Shown here one piece after another: positions 58,026 through 64,000 of a stretch of DNA of 64,000 nucleotides. Numbering within the stretch: the first letter of the stretch is position 1; each line of letters starts with the position of its first letter. Origin of the DNA: Catajapyx aquilonaris. Lineage: Eukaryota. The stretch spans positions 62,001-126,000 of the forward strand of contig JYFJ02000286.1 in NCBI GenBank assembly GCA_000934665.2. The letters run 5' to 3'. The translations under genes were made by a program, and so were the position numbers. The notes beneath the pieces were generated by a model. The model ran no database searches. It had not been told where the DNA came from and saw only the letters and a list, made by a program, of their open reading frames with translations.

Positions 58026-61000
58026 GGCTGACATCATTCGGAGGCTCAAATCTTGTGCCCTTTAGATTTTCTGCTGCCTCTCAAAATTGAATTTTGTCTT
58101 GGAAAGCTTTTATTGTGCCCTAAGAAGATTATAGCGAGAACAGCCGAATGGAAAGGGAGAGGAAGCATTTCCCTCTTTCCTGGTCTTGCCTTATCTGGAA
58201 TACTTTCTATGTCATTCAACTTTTTTTTTATATTTTGGGTAGATTATGCAAGTTCCAAATGGGAACGTTAGTTTGTTTTCACTATATAGGCATTATACTT
58301 GTGTATGAATATTTAATTCCTCCCCTTGTTTTCACACTGAAAAATATAAATAATTTAATGTCAAAAAACTTGCATATTTAGCAACGCACTGTCACCCCAG
58401 CTGTAGTGTACAGACGTGGCATGTATAGGTTGAATTTTGCGCCAGAGTGACTCCTATTGGTTCAGATGATTTAGTGTCAGTCTGACTCGAAATCCTTGGT
58501 GGCATGTGGCATTTTGCTTTGCGGCTTGGCGTATATATTTTTTTCGTGCCATGTTGTTTTCTTTGTGTGCACGTAAAATCGTGGCGGGGAGTTTTATGAA
58601 ATTTGTAGAGAAAGGCGTCCGGTTGCGCTTTGGCAGCGTCCGGGTGTGCCTCCAGTTAAGCTGTTCCGGGATAAGGAAAAATCTATTTCTTCCATCTGTT
58701 GCTTGGGCGGATTTAGAGCATCATTTTGAGGCTGGTGCACGAGACCTCCGGGACCACTTTTTCTCCGGAAAAAACTACCGTTCTCAAAACTACATCCACT
58801 TCCGGCTCGTTTTGCTAAAACACACCTTTGTTACTGTCACGCCTCTTGTTTATATATAAATTACATTCAGAGTGTGACGCTATACTGAGAGATTAATGTA
58901 AATGCAGTGGTTAGGCAGGATTTGCGCATGTGGAGATTAATTCGAGGTCAAGGATTGTTGAGAGGTGCACCATTGTTAGAATTTGGGAAGTCACATAATA
59001 GTTTAACTGATAGGAATAACTTTCAATTAGCGACGGGTGAAACTCACGACGCTTGATTGTAAATCACTGTTGAAACTAATATTCTTCAACTGAGTGAATT
59101 TTACTTGGTAAATATCCATGGTGATTCATATCTCTTAAATCTCGTTCATACCTTAAGTGACATTATGAATGATCTCAACAACTGCAGCCGGGATGCATTA
59201 GTGTAATCTGCGATGATTCACTTTACAGTCTCAGTAATAACCATTCTCGCAAAACTTAAGAATTCCGAGTGAAATTAGATAATCAAATTAACAAATAGGT
59301 CATACAGTGCATTCTACTGAATATTTTCAAGACCGGAGGAATGTCGCACAGAGCCAAATGATGTCTTGCTAATTGGCATTAAAATTGATGACGTGCTGCA
59401 GATTGTATACCACCTAATCATGAGTATGGCTCGAACTACGCTACCGTTGCTAATATTCTATATAGTGCCAGTCACTCTCCTTGTTGCTGTTAATAAGTTA
59501 TATTGTAAACGGGTTTGGCCATAGAACCGTAACGTTGCTTCAGTCGAGCTAGTTCCTTACAGCTAACTGCCCAGTTCTCACTATTTTAATATAACCTGAT
59601 CACTTCAAAATATTTCCGAGCCTGCCATTAAAAAGTACGTGAATTTCTGACATCATGAATTTTGAGAATAGCGTATTATGTGAATGAGAGACGGCACTCA
59701 TTCAGCATGATATGAAATGCTCTGGAAAAATTAAGCAGATTTATGTGCCAAAGCACATTCGCATTTAATGCAGTACTGACAGGCATGTCATGGACCAGTT
59801 GAAATGTGCGGTAATTTTTAATTTTAATTGATGTGCAAGAGCTGACAGCACATTTTTGCATCACTGGATTAATATAAATATTAGTTCGCCGCTTAGATGA
59901 TTACTATCAGAGCCCATTCATTGAAATGAAGTGCAATGCTTCATTTTCAAACTGATGCGAGAGTCTGACACTTGGTCTGACAAGAACGTATGCTGATGTA
60001 CTGTACAGTACAGTATGTACAGTGCTGTGAGAGGCGCAATCGTTGGCATACGAGTATTTTAACCACTACAGTATAAAAGTAGCCAACTGTAGTTGCATTT
60101 ATAATAGGTTATAAAAATTGTCTAATACAGTAGTGTACGCGGGGTTTTCAATGCAATTGCATGAAAATAAGTAACTCCTGTAGAATTTCGCCGCAGAATG
60201 TCATTTGGTGCGGTTAAGCCATGTTACATTTTTCGGTGACGCTTTAGACTCGCAAGCATAATTATGCAGGTGTTTCTAAAAGTGTGCAAATTATTTCAAA
60301 TATGGATTTCTTGCAATATTCCATTGTGAAATTGCCGTAGTGGTTTTAGAACTATTATTATTTGTTTCATTACGGAGAGTGAGTCAAAAAGTAACCTCAA
60401 TATTTTTAATCCACATAATATCCACAAATGTGATTGAAAACTCTTCATCATTTTTTGTCATAGTTCCAACCACGTTCAATGCAGATATGGCACATACTAA
60501 TTCCTGGATTTATCCATTTTTAAACACATGTGCGTGCATAGGCACTGAAAAGAATGTCTAGAACGATAGCTTTAATTCACATCAAATACGAAAGCAAAAC
60601 AAATACTGTGGCAGGAAGAGAGATCTCAGCATTGATTGGGTATAGGGAAAAGTTAATGTAACATTTAATGCATCATTCCGTTTTGTAAATTGTGCAAATA
60701 AAAAAGAGTTCTTTTATATTACGTGAGGCTATTACATAGTGTTCAGTCTGCAAACAATATATCGCCCAGAGTAATCCCTGCGCATTATCAGCGGTGGGCA
60801 CTTGGAGTACACACTGTTTGGTGGTGACAAGTGTGATGTAGGGTAGAGCAGCTTTATCGCGTTGGATTACTAATGACTTAAACTCGCGCAAAACCGGACG
60901 ACGTTATAGGTGTACTGTGAAAGTTCCTCACATATTCTCATTAAAGTTGATTAAGACGTCACCTTCTAACAAACGACCTCTGCATGCGAAACATAATACT

Positions 61001-62026
61001 CAAACTTAGGCTCATTTTATCACGACTTGATAGGAGTAATGTTGATTAGTGATATTTGCATGCAACATACTGAAAGTATCACCAAAGAATCAGATGCTCA
61101 GTGTGGTTTTTGTTCAACACTTTCTGGGTGTCGGTCGATAGCAAAGAATTCCCGATCTAATTGCCCGTTAACTGAAACTGTTTGCTCTTCACTCCGTCCC
61201 GCATGCAAATGAATTATCGATACTAATGCTGCACAAATACCCAGCATGATTTTTTCCCTCGGGTAATGTCACGTGCCAATGCACTATTAATAGTTTCGAC
61301 ACTATAAACACGCAGTATGGGTCCCGCCATTTCCATTATTGTAATGATAAAGCGAGACGTGTAAATGGCATCCGATTTTCGAATTTTGGTCGTATCTGTT
61401 TCTTCTGTACATTTTTTTGTACCGGGCAGGAGCTGAGGAGGTAAAAAAAATACATGGGTGTCGAGAGACGAAACCCAATTTAGACGCTAGTACCTAAGTG
61501 CGGAGAAATGAGAAGACTTGAGCAACTATTCCATTAACCCCTAGAGGTGTGGGAGGACGGTGTCAGGAATTTTCATAAATATTAATCAAAGGCATTTCGC
61601 CGCCTCGCCCGAGCTTTTTCACGGCCCTCTTCGCAATATCAAGGATGGAAGTGAAGGAGGCGGGGTTCCTTTTACTATCGCCTGTTCTCACACTTTGTCC
61701 TTACCTGGCAGGTGAGAGGGACCCGTAATGGAATTTGGGCGAAATAATACAGTTCTCCAGGGATAAAGCTCGTGGACCTGAAATACTTGGGAAACCATCT
61801 TTCGCCTTAAATCCTTTCCGGAGTCGACTCAATGCCACCCACAACGTCGATAACAGCAGTTGTCAACTTACTTGGGATGTACAGTACCGGTCGGATGTGA
61901 ACCACTCACAATACAGTCCTATTTTTAAAAGAACAAGAAAGAGAATTATCTGCTTAAATTGCTGACATCAAACAACTTGATGGTGCCTGAGATTTGCTGC
62001 AGTGTGTGTTGTATACCGCAATAATG

Positions 62027-62312
62027 CAGGGTGAGTCAGAACTACAGGTCAGTCTCCCACCAGGTTATTCAATGTCCTATAATAAAGTCCAAAATGTAGG
62101 AGTGAGAAATGTCGAAACATTAACGATGTATACGACGATTACAGATTGGTCAGCGCCTGAAACTTGAAAACTTGAAACATAAGCACATGGAATCATCCGA
62201 TCATAGCACAGAGTCATCGTCGTTTACATCTTTAACGGTTTGGTTTTAAGAATTTCTAACACCTGCATTTTAGAGTTGTAAAGAGGCAATAAGTATATTC
62301 TGACACACCCTG
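62027..62312. mobile_element. mariner/Tc1-like MITE
   Basis: CAGGGTGAGTCAGAA ... TTCTGACACACCCTG|TA (14/15 TIR match; left TA mutated to TG). Confidence 0.6.
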
Positions 62313-62324
62313 TATTAGAGTCGA

Positions 62325-62515
62325 TATTTTGGTTTCAACCAGGACCTGTCCAATATTGGTAAGGGAATGGAAACACAGCATGTAATAACTTCTGTCACTT
62401 TGTCTTTTCTGACAAGTTCTCTGACAGGTTAATCTAGCAATGCGGTAGTTGGCCTACTACATCGAAATCTGACCTTGACCTTATTCCTTTTGGATAGTTA
62501 TAAAAAGATAAGTGT
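62325..62515 (+). pseudogene. Highly decayed Tc1/mariner (DD37D/maT-like) transposase fragment
   Basis: Allowing frameshifts and stops it reads WFQ(Q)D ... KFSDRLI*..SWPTTS..DL..FL(W).. . This matches the spacing of the WFQQDGA..FPDRWI..WPPRSPDL..DFFLWG..K DDD core. Confidence 0.4.
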
Positions 62516-64000
62516 GTTAAGGTTTGGTATTTAGTCTTTCTTTCGATTAAAGTCAAGCGAATAAGGTTAAAAATTAGTACTGAAGACGGCGGCAGTGTAA
62601 TGGTGTGTATATTTACAGCTTGAGTAAAGATGGTGTTACTTTTTTACTTCAGGGACCTACAACGTTATTATCGATTTTTGTGTTTTTGACATCGTTCAAA
62701 ACTTCCGTCATATATCTATGTTAGGGGAAGCTGGGAAGGTTCTGAGTGAGTGGCAGGCAAAATTTCTTGGAATTTTCTCTCTCACGGATGCCTGTTACCT
62801 GGACTTTCATGTACTTTTACCGCCAATTCTTGGGTTTCCTCATTCGAAAATTTTGAAAGAGTTAAATCCAATACTGATGTCAGGAAGTACTTTGGATCAG
62901 TTACAGATTACATGTCATGCATGAAACTCATTAGTGATTCTGCATTATTCACTGTTTAGAATTATTACTGTATTGCGTAAGTTATGTCAATTCCTTCCAA
63001 TATAGTATTTCTGATTTTTAGGCTGATCACCAAGGAGGAAAGTAACGTCTTAACAATTTTAGTTCAAATCCTTCCAAAAAAAAAGTTCAATATAAGTTAG
63101 CGAAAGTTATCCGCACAGAGAGTATATTGTTTTAAATGTAACTATCAAGATGCATCTATAGAAATGCCATCCTGCAACTCTGCAGCGTCAAAATATGTCA
63201 CAAACATATTTTCACTGCGGTTTTGCCAGTAAACCGTAGTTAAACTGAAATAATTTGCGTAATACGAACCTGAAAAACCGAGCTAACTTAAATTTGAAAT
63301 GCGATATGCGACGTTAATTGCATCCAAACCTCATGTAATCCGGCGGCTGACCGACTTCCCCACTCCCACCTCAAATGCCCCCTGATACTCCTGAATTAAA
63401 TGTGATAACCAAGGGACAACGGGGTTTCAAACTAAGGCTGGCGAGCGCTCAGTTCAACAATGCCGGGTTGTTTACAAAAATGAAGGCAGGTTCACACTAC
63501 ACACACCCTCGTCGTTCCCTTTTAAACTGAGCGAGAGTCTATATTTTGTTGACAGCTCCATCCATCACATTGTCCTCTGACATGAAATCGGGAGCTATTT
63601 ACAATTGAAATTATCGCAGATTATCTTCAATCAATATTATCCGGGCCAACATGTATGCATTTGTATATTCTGTAATTTTTCTCTCAAGACTCAACCACAT
63701 CGTGATTATGCATGCGTAATGTCTTGTTTGTGTACCAGTCAACAACCTGGTGACATTCACATGCGGTCACCTCACAGTCTACCAGCCTCGGAAAGGGCAC
63801 CCGTCCATCCATCGCAATAGCCAGATGTAATAGCCAGTTCTGTACTGCGCACAGTTGTGTGCAGCCTCAAAAACCGCTGGCTATATGGGCTTTGAACCTG
63901 CTACCCTGGGTGCACGTTGTCCACTCGGCAATTCCAGTAAACAACCCATAGTGGGGCAAACCCAATGGTATGTTCAGAGTTCGAATCCTGATGACGGAGG

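Noticed and set aside
53874..64000. Further GPCR exons (rest of the Cache domain, 7TM)
   Set aside because: No ORF with the expected W..PY.DC or transmembrane segments was seen; treated as a long intron.

Overview
Eukaryotic (invertebrate, probably arthropod-type) genomic DNA with GT-AG introns; no prokaryotic operons, CRISPR arrays or rRNA seen. The first ~27 kb is a compact, visibly CpG-poor gene cluster. It holds the 3' part of a tamozhennic-like RanBP2 zinc-finger gene (+), a complete 14-exon, ~1299-aa PEP-utilizer-family enzyme with rifampin phosphotransferase/PigC-like domain order (+), a dNK/TK2 deoxynucleoside kinase (-), and a morgue-like zinc finger/F-box/pseudo-E2 gene (+) that shares a bidirectional promoter with the kinase. 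About 25 kb of CpG-rich non-coding DNA follows, then the first two coding exons of a CG31760/GPR158-like class C GPCR whose remaining exons lie beyond the window. Introns carry many non-autonomous elements: pogo/Tc1-like TA-target MITEs, hAT and piggyBac-like MITEs, a nested transposon stack, an inverted SINE pair and several long fold-back palindromes. The most intriguing item is the intron-containing, probably membrane-anchored animal RPH/PigC-like dikinase fused to an uncharacterised N-terminal domain. Exon boundaries were read by eye and checked for reading-frame continuity; family assignments come from remembered motifs, not database searches.
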